Numbered from the stretch's first letter, positions 37,977-51,277 are shown. The stretch: DNA of 64,000 nt from Felis catus (GCF_018350175.1 NC_058368.1:69132001-69196000); one strand, 5' to 3'. Notes: generated by a model from the letters alone, not told the origin. Numbers and translations: made by a program.

Positions 37977-39867
37977 CCTACAGCCATTTTTCATGCAATA
38001 TGCTTTGCAAACTTCCAGGGCAACATGTAAACATTAAATATTGCTGTGTGCCCTACTTCCCTATTATTTCTTGTGGGAAGGAAATACCCTGGGAACATTC
38101 CCTTCATGTCCCCACACTGTCATGGAAGTGAGACCATCATCCTAGGCAGAAAAAAAGCCAGAGCCCAGGGAAGGAGATGTGTCTTCATCTTTAGAACTGC
38201 CCAAATGTGTGTGCCCCTGAACTACCTTGTTTTCCATTTCTAGATGAGTATTCTTGTTAGCACAGAACAAAGATCTTTGTAAAGTCAAGGCACACTACAA
38301 CCTTGGCTTCCTCTCCCTCAATTTGGCTTACCACATGTCCCTGAAAATGATTAAATTATTCTACCAGGATCTATACTTCACAAGATCTCCCATCATTCCT
38401 CCAGAATCTGTTCTTCTCAAAGGGCTTGCAGACATATACAATTTTCTTCAAAAATTCTTCAGGTATGGAAGCCCATCTTTTAGGGTCTTCTCACCCATGC
38501 CAAATTCTTGCAGCAATGAGGGTTCTAGGTGATCAACTTATTAGAAGAAGTTCATAGCATGAAGAGAGCAACTGCACTGCCCAGAATGGTGATCAATGGG
38601 AAGCCATGAAAATTGACTGGATATGTGGTAGACAGTTTAGTTGTTGAATCCAAGCTTTTAATTGTACAGTGGATAACTAATAAACAGAAAATTTGTTCTA
38701 CTAAAACAAGCCCCATTCCAAGAGCAAGAATCTCCTGAGGCAGTCGAGCAGATGGCTTAGATGTTTCTAGTAGTCCAATGGGCTACACAATGAGGACCAA
38801 CAATATAAACACTGCTCAAGGAACAGCCACGGTCCTTCTGTTTTTGGAATCCTAGAACCAAGTCACGGTTTCCTATGTGACCTAGCTCTGAGGGGATGCT
38901 TTCTTAGAACTTCTCAATATTTTAATGAGCACTTTCAGCAACAATAAAGTACATTTTTTATGGCTTTTTTTTTTTTGCAATGGCTGGTGGTATGAAAAAC
39001 TCCTGCTTGAAGACTCCAGAGTTTCTTAGTTTGTTTTGTGATCAGTCTTTAGATTCCTTAAAAAGATGCGTCTATATTTACAGCTCACTTCAAAACATTC
39101 TTGAAATGATTGGAATCCTAGAGTCCTAATATTTTCCTTATGTACTGCTTTCCTGCCCTCCAAGTTTTCCTACATTGAAATGTATTATCTAAGCAACAAA
39201 AAAAACCTCCTGTATCCAGCAAGTATTTACAGAGAACTTGCCATATACCAACACTCTGAGATTAGTGGGGCAGGAGGGGGGGATACAAAAGAATTATTTG
39301 ACAGGATATCTGTCCTTAACAAGATTACTGTCTACCTGACAAATAAAATCAACCAATGAGCTCATTTAAGTACATTCAACATTTAAACCATGCCTCTGTC
39401 CTGGCTACAGTAAGGGGAAGATAGACAGTACATTGAAAGCCAGACAGGGCTTAGAATGGGCAACGCATTCCCCTGTTTCAAGGGCTTTGTTTTTGTACTT
39501 CCTTCTACCAAAGGAGCCCTGGTCTAGCCTCAAAGCAAGTTCAAATGCCTCCTCCTCCGTGAATCTTTTATCAGTTCCTTTGCTTGGCATTAATTATTCC
39601 TTTTGCCCAACTGCTGTGTACACTTTGCTTGTACTTCTGTTGAAATCATTACTTAATTCTGCTTTAATTTATAGTTGACTGGTAAATATCTATCTCCCCT
39701 ATTTACCTTCTTGCAAGTATAGATCAAGAATTTATCTTTGGATTCTCCCCAGAATCAGCACCTTGTTTTTTAAAACTATATTGTCAGTGTTCAATAAATG
39801 TTTCTTGAATGTATTTACTTTTGCCATGATAGAGAGGTTATACTTTCATATAATAATTCATGTGCTT

Positions 39868-40070
39868 GGGTGTCTGGGTGGCTCAGTCAGTTAAGCACCC
39901 AACTTCAGCTCAGGTCAGGATCTTGTACTTTTCTAGTTTGAGCCCCTTGTTGGGCTCCTCTACTGTCAGCATATAGCCCACCTCAGATCCTCTGTATCCT
40001 TCTCTCTCAGCCCCTCCCCTGCCTTGCCTGTGCTCTCTCTCAAAAATAAACATTAAAAAATTTTTTTAAA
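39868..40070 (+). mobile_element. Can-SINE
   Basis: TSD taataattcatgtgct / taataattcatttgct. Confidence 0.92.
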
Positions 40071-40414
40071 TAATAATTCATTTGCTGTTTTCATACTAGT
40101 ATAGTATTGTCTATGGGGGTTTTCCATTTTAACTAAGATGTATGAAGTTCTAATATGCCATTAAATTACACGTATTCATATTTTTGATAATGTATTTCTT
40201 TTCTCTATATATTACATATCAGATATTTTCCCCATAAAATAAAAATCAATTGAACCCCCAAAATTATAATATTATGCCAATATCATGATAAAGTTTTTTT
40301 TCCCCCTTCTTTAACATTCACATATGGAAGTAAGGACCTAGTTAAGTATAAGGAAGCTCTTAAATGATACACAAACACATTTAGAATTTTTTAAAGAAGT
40401 TCTTTCTTTCTTCT

Positions 40415-40416
40415 TT

Positions 40417-40453
<37 letters not shown>

Positions 40454-40626
40454 ATGCACACAAGCAGGGGAGGGGCAGAGGGAGAAGGAGAAAGAATCCT
40501 AAGCAGGCTCCGTGCCCAGCATGGACCCCGATTGGGGGGGGGGGGTCCATCTCACAACCATGAGATCATGTTCTGGGCCAAAATCAAGAGTTGGACGTTT
40601 AACCCACTGAGCTACTCAGGTGCCCC
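40415..40626 (-). mobile_element. Can-SINE
   Basis: Antisense head ctcaggtgcccc and (GA)n tract. Confidence 0.9.
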
Positions 40627-40681
40627 TCATTCTTTCTTTTATTGAGCAGGTATAACATTACATTAATAATATCTAACATTT

Positions 40682-40896
40682 GGGGGCACCTGGGTGGCTC
40701 AGTCAGTTAAGCGTGGGACTTGGCTCAGGTCATGATCTCACAGCTGGTTAATTTGAGCCCCGCAGCAGGCTCTGTGCTGACAGCTCAGAGCCTGGAGCCT
40801 GCTTCGGATTCTGTGTCTCCCTCTCTCTCTGCCCCTCCCCAGCTTGCACTCTATCTCTCTCTCAAAAATAAATAAACATTCACAAAAAATGTTTAA
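40682..40896 (+). mobile_element. Can-SINE
   Basis: TSD aataatatctaacat / aataacatctaacat. Confidence 0.93.
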
Positions 40897-42117
40897 ATAA
40901 TAACATCTAACATATATGCTGCACCTATTAGGTGCTAGACACTGTATTAAGCCTTTTATGTGAATTTTCTCATTAATTTCTCACAAAAATCTAGCTTCCA
41001 GTATTTTGTTGTTGCAATAATCGATGCTTTTCTCCCTGTCCTTGTGACTTTGTCTTTCTTTAAATTTTTTCATTCAGCTTCAGTGAGATTACTAAAGGAA
41101 AAAAATTTGAGGTTTGTGTTCAGTGTGACTTCTCAGCAAGGCCAGAATCTGATGTTTATTAAAGTGAAAGCGTTTTAGGACAGGGTCAAGAGAGCAGGTT
41201 CTGAGGTCACACTGCCTGAGTTTGAATCCCTATTCTAAAAATTATTAGCCGCGAGACCTCACTAATTAAGAGAAGAAAGAATTTTCAAATAGCTTTAATC
41301 ACCTCAGAGATAACAGGATTTTTGCCTCCTTGAAACAAAGACAGAATGCTACTTAAAAAAAAAAACAAAACAAGGAAATAAGTGAATATTGAAGAAACAA
41401 AAATGGCTCTTGAAAATTAAAAACATGGCAGCACGAATTAAAAAATTCATTAAAGTGCTGGGAGTGAAAGTTATGAAATTCTCCTGGAAAGATGAGACGT
41501 AGAAAACGTGAAAGAAAAGCAGGGAGAAATTCCAAGTCCAGAAGTTGAACTTCAAATAAGAGACAATTCAGAAGGAGAGAGGACATGGATTTCACCAACG
41601 AAATAATGCAAGAAAATAACCAGAACTGAAGGGTGTGAATTTTCAGAGTGCGGGGGCCTCCACATTAAAAGCAGGGCTGCTGCCTGTGGACCCCAGAGAC
41701 ACTCACTGTTCCAAGGAGTCCTGCTTTGGTGTCCTGCTACCTGAGGGGAGACAGCCCGTGAGAGGCTTCCGAGCAGAAAACACTCAGCAGCAAGCTGCTC
41801 AGAACATCTTGCTGCCGGAGATCCAACACTAGCTCCATGCTACCCCCGAGTCGGCAGCCCTGACTCTCCTGAGCCCTGTGTGCTCAGAACTCACTCCAAG
41901 CCTTACGGGGACTTCCCCAAAGGGGCTTTTCAAACTCCTTGGGCAGCAGAAAGAAGCCCAACTCTGAGCCAGAGATGGGCTCATTCTCTCCTGGGAGCCT
42001 TCATCTGCCCCTTCCTTCCAGCCAGGGGTGCCCTCACTACTCAGTTTTTCCAAATCAGTGGGTCATGGAGGATGCTTGTTTGCATGATAAAGCTATAAGA
42101 GAAGCAAGATCATTATT

Positions 42118-42343
42118 TTTTAAGTTTTATTTTTATTTATTATTTACTTTTGAGAGAGAGACAGTGTGTATGCATGAGAGTAGGGGAGGGGCAGAGAGAG
42201 AGAGAGAGGGAGAGAGAGAATCCCAAGCCAGCTCCATGCTCAGTGCAGAGACCAATGTGGGGCTCAATCCTACGACCGTGAGATCATGACTTGAGTCAAA
42301 ATCAAGAGTAAGACGTTTAACTGACTGAGCCACCCAGGTGCCC
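42118..42343 (-). mobile_element. Can-SINE
   Basis: TSD caagatcattatt on both flanks. Confidence 0.94.
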
Positions 42344-43249
42344 CAAGATCATTATTAACACAAAAGTAAGAGTTTGAGTTATTTCTGGGGGAAGGAGGGC
42401 AATGTACTTAGGGAGGAGCAAACAGGGGCTTTCACAGGACGGGAACTGGGAACATTCCATTCCTTTATCCCAAGGGGTGGATGTATGGCATTCATTTCAT
42501 CATTATTCCTTAATTTGCATATGTGTTTTACACATTCTTCAATGTAAAGGATACATTTCATAGTTATAAAAAATGAAAAAGAAGACAACTGAACCTCAGA
42601 TCAGAGTACATGAAGCCTGTCTCTACCTCCTACTGTCTACACAACTTTAGACAATTCGATTCCCCTTATGAGACCTTCTTTCCTCCACTACCGATAAAGA
42701 TCATTTCTCTTCTGCTCACTTAAACAACAGTGCTGAGAAAGGAAACGTGATCATATATTTGAAACTGCTTTATACACTGCAAGGTGATGTATAAGCAAAG
42801 TATTGACTATTATGGCAAGAGCCTCCTTACTCAGGGTACCCCTAATAAAGTAATCCCCACATTAGGGCCAACGTGTCCCATGCCTTATGTGCTTCCCAGA
42901 GATTATCAGACTATTTGCTACTCTTGGATTCCCTTTGGCTGGATCATAAATATTCGTTCTCTCTTGGGAATACTTGAACAAAATGAAATTCCTGCCATTG
43001 ACTGTTCTTTCTAGAAGGAAGGCACAAAATTTATATACTTAGGTACATTACATCTTAATAATAACCTGAGTTGCTGCACTTGATCATTATGGAAAGACTC
43101 TTTCTAAACTGTTTTGGTCAGTGGACCTGACAGCAGGGTCAGTCTTGTCCATAAACTATGTACTTCAGCACCAGCTCTGGAAAATTGGGCCATATAGCCG
43201 TTACCAGGCTGTTCTTCTAGTGAGCACTAAGGAAAAAGCCAGAAGTTAG

Positions 43250-43640
43250 AAAGTCCTAAACCCCAGGACCTCAGAATGTGACCTTATTTGGAAATAGGGT
43301 CATTACAGATATAATTAGTTAAGATGAGGTCATTAGGGTGGGCCCTCATCCAGCAAGACCACTGTCCTTATAAAAGGGGGAAATGTGGACACAGACAGGC
43401 ACAGAGGGAGTAAGGTGTACAGGGAAGAGACGGGGCGGGGGAGGGAGGGATGGCCACCTACCAGCCAGGGAGAGGGGCCTTCCACAAATCCTCCCTCACA
43501 GCCTCAGAAGGAACTAACCCTGACAACACCTTGAGCTCACACTGCCAGCCTCTCTGGAACCCTGCGAGTATACATTTCTACTATTTAGGCCCCCAGCCCA
43601 CGGTCTTTGGCTACAGCCGCCCTCACAGGCAAAGAGACCC
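43250..43640 (+). mobile_element. MLT1B/C/D-like MaLR LTR
   Basis: cctcagaatgtgaccttatttggaaatagggtc .. agttaagatgaggtcat .. cagcctcagaaggaactaaccctgacaacaccttga. Confidence 0.8.
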
Positions 43641-44327
43641 ATAAAGCGTCAACTAAGAGAACTTAACGTCATGTCTGTGTGAAACTGAATCTCCTTGTGA
43701 AGTTTTTCTACTTTGCCTTTTGGGTGGCTTAGGATGCCTTGTGAATCTGGAGACGGAAGTTTAAGAGTGAGCCCTGTGGGCAGGCGGAAGGGCAGGAGGA
43801 AGAGGGTGTGAGGAGCGACTTCAGGGCCTTCCATTCCTTCCATGGTGGGAAGAGTGGTCTCTCTGGCTCCGCAGACTTGGGGATATGGAATAAAGATCTA
43901 AGCTCCAGGCACAGGTCTCTTTATCATGCATAACCTTTTGTGCTGAGGGTGGTAGGGCTGGCCCGGGCCATCCGGCCCAGTCCTGCACACACCCTGGAGG
44001 CAGCATGAGCCTTCCCCCGCAGCAGGACTCCGGGCTCAGCAGCCAACCCAGAAAAGCGCCCGCTCATCTGGACCCATCCCAGGGCTGCTGCCTCGAGTCT
44101 GCGTCCCAGCCTGCAGCTGCCTTCCCTAAACAAGCCTCCTCCCACAGTCCTTGCCTCTTTTCCTCCCCTCATTTCATTCCCAAAATAAATTTAAAGAACG
44201 GCTTCTCCTGGTGCTCAACGCTGGCTGTATATTGGTCTCCTTTGGGTGTTTTGTTTGTTTGTTTTTCAAAATGCAACTGTCTGGGCCCTAGCCCTGGTCA
44301 CTTGAAACAGAATCTCTGGTTGGGATC

Positions 44328-45065
44328 TGTAGTATAATACAAATATATGTATTTGGTCTTTGTCCCCGGTTGGCACAAACGTCTGAAAACTCCTGGAATT
44401 TCCTAAGTGGCAGGAGTGTTTTGTTATTCATAACGAGCCTCTTTGGGCCACATCTGAGTTTAAGGGTAAGGAGGTGACTCAGGCTAGGGGGGCCTTGATA
44501 GATTCTGGCTGCATTCAGGATGGGGGTGGTCACCAGAAGACCAAACTTCTGATTAGAGGGTGGGAACTCCCACCCACCAACGTCTGGGGAGAAGAGGGAG
44601 GCTGGAGACTGAGTCCAATAAAGACTTGAGATTTGGAGAACTCCTGAGGGGGGTTCACCTGGAGAGGGCCTGGAAGCTGCCACCCCTCCCCCCCCCCCCC
44701 AGGCTGTGCCCTGTATGTCTCTTCTGCTTGGCTGTTCTCAGCTCTATCCTTACAGTAAAGCTGTAATTATGAGTAGAGCCTTTCCTGAGCCCTTTGAGTC
44801 GCTCCAGTGAATCATCAGGCCTAAAGAGGGGGTGTGGGAACCCCCAAATCCTTAGTCAGCTGGGCAGAAGTGTGGCGGCCTGGGGACCTCTCTGGCGGTT
44901 GGTGTCTGACATGGAGGCAGTCTGCTGGGACTGAGCCCTTTGACTTGTGGGTTATCAGGCCAAACCCAGGTAGGTAAGTCAGGGTTGAACTGAATTGTTG
45001 GACACTCAGCTGGCGTGCGGAGAACTGGAGAAATGGTTAGTGTCAGGAAAAACCACAGGGCCAGT
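44328..45065 (+). mobile_element. MER21-like solo LTR
   Basis: tgtagtataata..atttggtctttgtccccggtt start; gttgaactgaattgttggacactcagctgg near the end; homologous to the inverted copy at 46045-47034. Confidence 0.7.
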
Positions 45066-45310
45066 GACACCTGTGAAGTGTGCCACTCTGCTCTCTTTCA
45101 GAAGACCCTGCAAAAGGGAGAATATCCCAGTTGTCTGGGGGTCCCCCTGCTGTCCCTTTGGATACCACCCTGCATTCGTGCTGAGCCCACACTCAGATTA
45201 CCAGCTCATCAGGATGTGCCCAGGATGTTCCCAATTTTAGCACAGAAGGTCCCAGGTCCTAGTAACCTCTTCAGTCCTTGGCAGTTGGTTATTCTATGAT
45301 GCACATGCAC

Positions 45311-45323
45311 GCACGCACACACA

Positions 45324-45364
<41 letters not shown>

Positions 45365-45374
45365 ACACACACAC
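45311..45374. repeat. (CA)n microsatellite
   Basis: Direct reading. Confidence 0.92.
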
Positions 45375-45375
45375 T

Positions 45376-45697
45376 GCGTCAGCCAGGGATTGTGATTGCT
45401 CACTGTGGGGTATTAGTTCTGCCTCACTCCTGCTGGATAGAAAACTTCCCACAGGCCGCTTTTGATTGGACACTTCCCATCAGCCTGGCCTCAGGGGTCT
45501 CAGAACCACACTGCTGTCTGAGATCTTTCCACCCAGCCCTTCTCCCTTCACAGGTGTCAGCCCCCTCCTGTGATCCCGTGGTCCCACAGCCCTCCCCCAC
45601 CTCCTGCCCACCCCTCCCTCCCCTTTCGCAGGCATTGCCCCCAGTAAATCTCTTGCTTATCCACTCCTGTTTTAGCATCTGATTCTCAGAGGACCCA
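45376..45697 (+). mobile_element. Old ERVL-class LTR fragment
   Basis: 3' end cagtaaatctcttgc..ttttagcatctgattctcagaggaccc resembles ERVL LTR termini. Confidence 0.5.
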
Positions 45698-46044
45698 GAA
45701 ATGCACTTATCATTGTTTTTAAAATCTCCTGAGGTGATTGTGAAATCAGCCACGTTTGAGAATCACCGTCCCCGCGAGCTAACTACCAATGTGCCTGCCC
45801 ACGGTCCAATGGAGAGACCAACGTGCAAACTCCTAATTACAGTGCCACATGGAAAACACAGCAATAAAGATAGGAGCTGAATATTCTGGAAATACTGAGG
45901 AAGAGAGACAGAACTGCCCTGGTGATGTAGAAGATGATTTCAGCTTCCAGTGCTGAGAGACAACAGTCTTATCTCTTGAGCTCTAAGTAGAGAATTCCTA
46001 CTGTTTTTCTCATTGTATCACACCACTGTGAAAAAATCATCATG

Positions 46045-47034
46045 TGTTGTGGACATAAACTTAGAGATGTTTTACTCACCACACTCCTGGCCACCAAATA
46101 TTTTGGGGGTTGGAGGGCATCCACACCAACCAATTCTCTCACTCTCTGGACACCAACAGGGTGTCGGACAATTCAATTCAAATTCTAACTAATAACTAAT
46201 AACTAATACCACTAACTAATATTAACTACTTAGGTTAGCATTGACTCCACAGGTGAAAAATTCAGTCCCACAAAACTGCCCCCATTTCAGACGCTGGCTC
46301 AGAGCCCAGGTTGCTTGTCACCTGTGCTTCTGACTGACCAACTATAAATCCAGCATCCCATAACCTCCTCCTCAGATTCAATAATTTGCTAGAATGGCTC
46401 ACAGAACTCGGGAAAAGCCTTCAGCTGCCATCACTGGTTTCGTATAAAGAATGTAACTTAGGAACACCAAGTAGAAGGAGATGCATAGGGTGAGGCATGG
46501 GGGTGAGTGCTGGAAACTTCCATGCCCTTTCCATGTGTGCTGCTCGCCTAACACCTTGGTGTGCTCACCAACCCGGTAGCTTTCCAAACTCTCGTTTACA
46601 GGTTTGTATGGAAGTTTCATTACTCGGACATGATTGATCAAATCATCGACCTTTGTTGATTAACACAATCTCCAACCCCTCTCTCTTCCCCAGACACTGA
46701 GAGTGGGACTGAAAGTTCTCATTCTCCATCACATGGTTGGTTCCTCGGGCAACAAGACCGCACCCTGAAGCTATCTAGGGGGCCACCAAGAGTCACCCCA
46801 TTAGCATCAACTCAGGTATGGTCAAAGGGGCTGATTATGAATAACAAAGATGCTCCTTTTCACCGCTGTCACTTGGAAAACTCTGGGAGTTTTAGAAGTC
46901 CTTGTGTAAAGAAACTGGGAACAAAGACCAAACATTATAACAAAAGATGCTCCTCCGGAAAGTACAAGAGTGTTAGGGGCTGTGTGCCAGGAACCGGAAA
47001 CAAAAACCAAATGTATATTTCATATTATATCACA
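46045..47034 (-). mobile_element. MER21-like solo LTR
   Basis: Reverse complement begins tgtgatataatatgaaatatacatttggtttttgtttccggttcctggcaca, aligning to 44328 onward. Confidence 0.75.
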
Positions 47035-47126
47035 ACATCACACAAATTCACACATCTGATTTCCAGTGAATCCTACTGAAATCACTAGAAAGGAAACTGA
47101 CCTCCTCAGATATCCTGGTACAGACA

Positions 47127-47317
47127 GCGCCCTGTACGTCTCTTCCGCTTGGCTGTTTCTCAGCTCTGTCCTTACAATAAAGCTGTAATTATGAGTAGAG
47201 ATTTTCCTGAGCCCTTTGAGTCGCTCTGGTGAATCATCAGGCCTGGAGAGGGGGTTTGGGAACCCCCAAATCTATTGTCAGCTGGACAGAAGTGTGGCCA
47301 CTGGGGGACCTCTCTGG
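47127..47317 (+). repeat. Direct repeat of LTR segment 44706-44895
   Basis: By-eye alignment gives about 20 differences over about 190 bp. Confidence 0.9.
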
Positions 47318-48671
47318 GGTGTTTGTGTATGTTTGCATGTGTGTGTGTGTGTGTGTGCGCGCGCGCGTGTCTGTGTGTGTATAACATTGCATCAATAGGG
47401 CTAAAACTGTCATGCTATTAACACACATACTTTAGCAATGTAGAGATTTTTACATCAACTGTCTCCAATAATTTCTGGTTTTCTTTTTAAAAAATGCATC
47501 ACTAATTATAGGATAGTTATCCCAGCTGGAAGCCTTTTATCCTTGCTGGATACAGCCATTTCCCAGCAAAGTTAAAAACCAGATAAGTGCTATGTGTGGC
47601 ATTTAAAAAGTCAAATATTACACAAGGTCACGTATGAATCACTTTTTTCCTAAATTAATGCATTATTTTGATGTTCCGGGAAGAATTTTCTAATACGTAT
47701 TTTCTTTCGCTTCAACTATTAAGCAATTTAAAACAGAGGACTCCATCACATCCCACTGGACTGTCAATCTCCAAGACAGATAGATTCACGCAAGCATATC
47801 TAAGTAGCTCTCTATAAGTTTGAGATAGAGGAAACAAGAAAGCACAAATATTTTCTTTAGCATTTTTCGTTCCGATCGTAATCTGCAGTGGGAGGAAGAG
47901 TGGCCGTAATTGTTTGGTGGACAAGTTTTCTTCTGTCTTGTTTTTTTTTTTTTTTTTTATCATGGTAACATTACATAACATGAAGTTTACCATTAATAAT
48001 ATCTGCTCCTCTTCACAGAATAGCGGTCGGTCTCTGACATCATCTTACACGTTCACATTCTGTCCCCTAACACACACACACACACGCACACACACACGTG
48101 CGCACACACACACACAGTCACAAACATGTGCACACACTTATCCTCACTTTGGGGATCCTGACACCTCATCAAAACATGATGATCTTTGGAAGGTCAATAG
48201 AAATGAGCCAACGAGATGATGAGTCAGTAAGGGCAGAGGACATGGGATTTGTCCCTGTTGGGCAGCAAAGAGACATCAAAAATCTAAAATAATGAAAGGG
48301 GTTCATTTGCTTAAAAGGAGAGTAAGATTTTGTTTTTTTAGCTGTCCACAGTCCCTTAACATAAAAATAAGGAATAATGTGGAGTTTCAGAGACAAAGAC
48401 GGAAAATAACTGTGTCTCACATTTGCCTCGTCCTCAAGCTACCTCCACATCTGCCCGTGCATTCCACAAGCAAGCATCTTAAAACCATAGTCTATCCTCA
48501 TTTCTCTTAAGTGCCAGGCATTTCTCGACCCATCACAGTCTGGCTTCATTCCATAGCACTGCACTGACATGGCTCCTAATAATTATCTCCTCATTACCGG
48601 CCCAGTGCTTTCGTTTTTGGTTTTCAGCCGAGCTGAGCCCTCTACAGCACATGACGTTATTGACAAATAAC

Positions 48672-48672
<1 letters not shown>

Positions 48673-48712
<40 letters not shown>
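48673..48712. repeat. (CA)n microsatellite
   Basis: Direct reading. Confidence 0.95.
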
Positions 48713-48716
<4 letters not shown>

Positions 48717-49002
48717 AGCTCCTAAAACATCTCTCACAACTCTTTCTCTGGCTGCTTATGTTTTGCCCTTAAGTGTCTGAATTCCCCAGCTTCTTTCCTG
48801 GCCTTCTTCTCATTTATTCTACATTCTTTCCTTAGACAACCTCCATTCTTGGCTTCTGCTTCTACACTGAAAACCCTCAAACTATCCCCTGACCTGACTG
48901 CTCCCCATTGTTTCTATTCTATATCTCCAGCTGCCTCCTGGACATCTCTTCTTCTCTACCTCATTAGCATCTTGTACTTGACGTGCCTGAAACCAAACAA
49001 AG

Positions 49003-49017
49003 ATGGATGGATGGATG

Positions 49018-49056
<39 letters not shown>

Positions 49057-49073
49057 AATGATAGACAATAGAT

Positions 49074-49115
<42 letters not shown>

Positions 49116-49172
49116 AGAAAGATACATAGGTAGTTAGATGATAGATAATAGATGATAGATAGATAATAGATA
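49003..49172. repeat. Compound (GGAT)n/(GATA)n tetranucleotide STR
   Basis: Direct reading. Confidence 0.95.
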
Positions 49173-49221
49173 AAACAAAAATCTCTGTCCCTTGTATTCT
49201 TTCTTTACATGAGTTAATGGC

Positions 49222-49595
49222 ACTTAGCTCAGGCTCCCATAGCAAAATGCTTCAGTCCAGGTGGTTTGAACAGTAGACATTTATTTCTCACAATTCTGGA
49301 GGCCGGGAAGTCTAAGATCAAAGTGCCAGCAAATTCAGTTTCTGGTGAGAGCTTTCTTCCTGGCTGGCAGGCACCTGTCTCCTCACTGTGTGCTCACATG
49401 AGGGAGAGAGAAAGAGAGCTAGCTCTCTTATGCCTCTTCTTATAAGGACCCTAATCGTATTGGATCAGGGCCCCACCCTTACGACCTCATTTTGCCTTAA
49501 TTGCCTTCTAAAGTCCCTATTTCCAAATACAGTCACACTAGGAGTCAGGACTTCAACATATAAATTTGCAGGGAACACAGTTCAGTCCACAGCAG
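49222..49595 (-). mobile_element. MLT1A-like MaLR LTR
   Basis: agacatttatttctcacaattctggaggccgggaagtctaagatcaaagtgccagca .. ggacttcaacatataaatttg .. ttcagtccacagca. Confidence 0.85.
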
Positions 49596-51263
49596 TTTCC
49601 ATGTTCCAAGGTAGGTCTTGTCTTGAGTCTTCCTCTCCCCCATATCCAGCTGGACATCCCAATTCATAGGTGGCCAGCCATTAATTTCTCTTTAGCCCAT
49701 TCCTTCCTTCCACATCTACCTATATACTTCACTTCAGGCCCCCTTGTGCCTTGCCTGGACCACATCCTTTGATGCTCCTGCTCCTCTCCTCCCCCTCCCT
49801 CCATCTTTCTACTATGGTACTGCCAGGTCAGCATCCAAAATCACAGATCTGATCAGGATGCCCAAAAAATGTCCCATGAACAGTCTGTAAGTGCCATCTA
49901 ACCACTCTAGTCTCATCTCGTTCCTTAGTCATTGTCCCCACACATCACACTCTGGTCACACTGGGCTTCTAGCTGTCTCACCTTCACACTTCTTTTCCTT
50001 CCACTGTTTGTACAGAATTTTCCTCTATTTGAAATGTGCCTCCCTTCCTCCTTTACTTGGTCAGGTATACCCATCTTACAGGCCTCGGGTTAAATACGGG
50101 GCCAGAGTGTGGGGAAATAGGTTCAAGAATTCCTTGTACTTACATAAATGGGTTTAAAAAGCTTAGGGCGGAGGCAAGGAGCCAAGATGGTGGAACAGCA
50201 TGGAAGTTGTTTGCGTGTCTCGTGTGCATGAAATACAGCCAGACCAACAATAAACCATCCTACACACCTAGAAAGCTGATTGGAGGATTAATACAACAAT
50301 CTGCACAACCTGAACCATAGAATTCAGCAGGTACTGAACTTGGGGAGTGAGAAGCGGTGAAATGTAGGGAACCACTTTTGTGGGCAGAGAGAGGACAGAG
50401 ACTTGGGGAGTGGGGGGCGAATTCGGGAAAAGCACCCCTCCCCAAAAGCAGCTGGAGAGAAAGTGGAAAATTGGAAACAGACGCAGGGACTACACTAAAA
50501 AGGGAGAAAGGAGAAAGGAAAGGGTTTAAATTCCATTAAGACTATAAACAAGGGGAGTGCAAACTCTGCAACTCCGCAGCTCAGTACCTGGCGGTGCTCT
50601 GGTGGGAAGGACGAATCTCCAAGAACAGAGTGGGGTCCGGAAGGTTCTCGGGCCACACGGGGAAAAGCGGTTCCACTGCTGGAAGGACATTTGGTAGAGA
50701 CTGTTGAAGCCACCTGGTCCCAGCAGACCCCGGAAGGCGGCCACATTTGCTGGTGCTGGGGCAAGGTCGTTGAGGGTAAAGCCTGGTGCCAGGTGTGTGT
50801 TGCGACTTTCCATAATCCCTGAAACGCTGCTGCTACACTGTCTCGCGAACTTTTTCTGGGGCGGGCTGGCACCTGGCCGCAGTCTCGGGGCACCGGCAGC
50901 AGCAGGGTTCAGCGGGCATCCTGGGTGCGGCTGACATTCAGCCATTGGTCAGTGAGACCCTCCCGCAGAGGGGCGGAAGGGGCCAAAGCCACAGTCCTTC
51001 AATAGTAAGAGGCCCGGGGGAAACAGCCGCATCTGAGAGAAAACTCGGGAGAGAGGTACTGCCTGGAGCTTGGTCACGGACAGTGAAGAAGCGGGGAGTG
51101 GATGAAGGCTGAAGACAGGACGGGTGCAAGATTGCTGATCGGGAAGAACAGAGTTCCTTCCAATACTGGAGACTGGGTGGCGGGGTGACACCATGGTCAC
51201 AGCTTCTGCGCATGCGCTTACGCACCTACGCGCGCCGCAATGATCCACCCCAGTAGGCTAGCA

Positions 51264-51277
51264 GCGCCATCTAGTGG
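51264..51277 (-). promoter_or_regulatory. Candidate CTCF site in outer L1 5'UTR
   Basis: Minus strand reads CCACTAGATGGCGC, matching the CTCF core consensus. Confidence 0.55.

Larger units (their letters stand above)
48480..50090 (-). mobile_element. Degenerate L2 fragments, interrupted by microsatellites and an MLT1 LTR
   Basis: L2-like motifs cagtctggcttc, tatatctccagctgcctcctggacatctc, cacagatctgatca, ctctggtcacactgggcttc. Confidence 0.55.
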
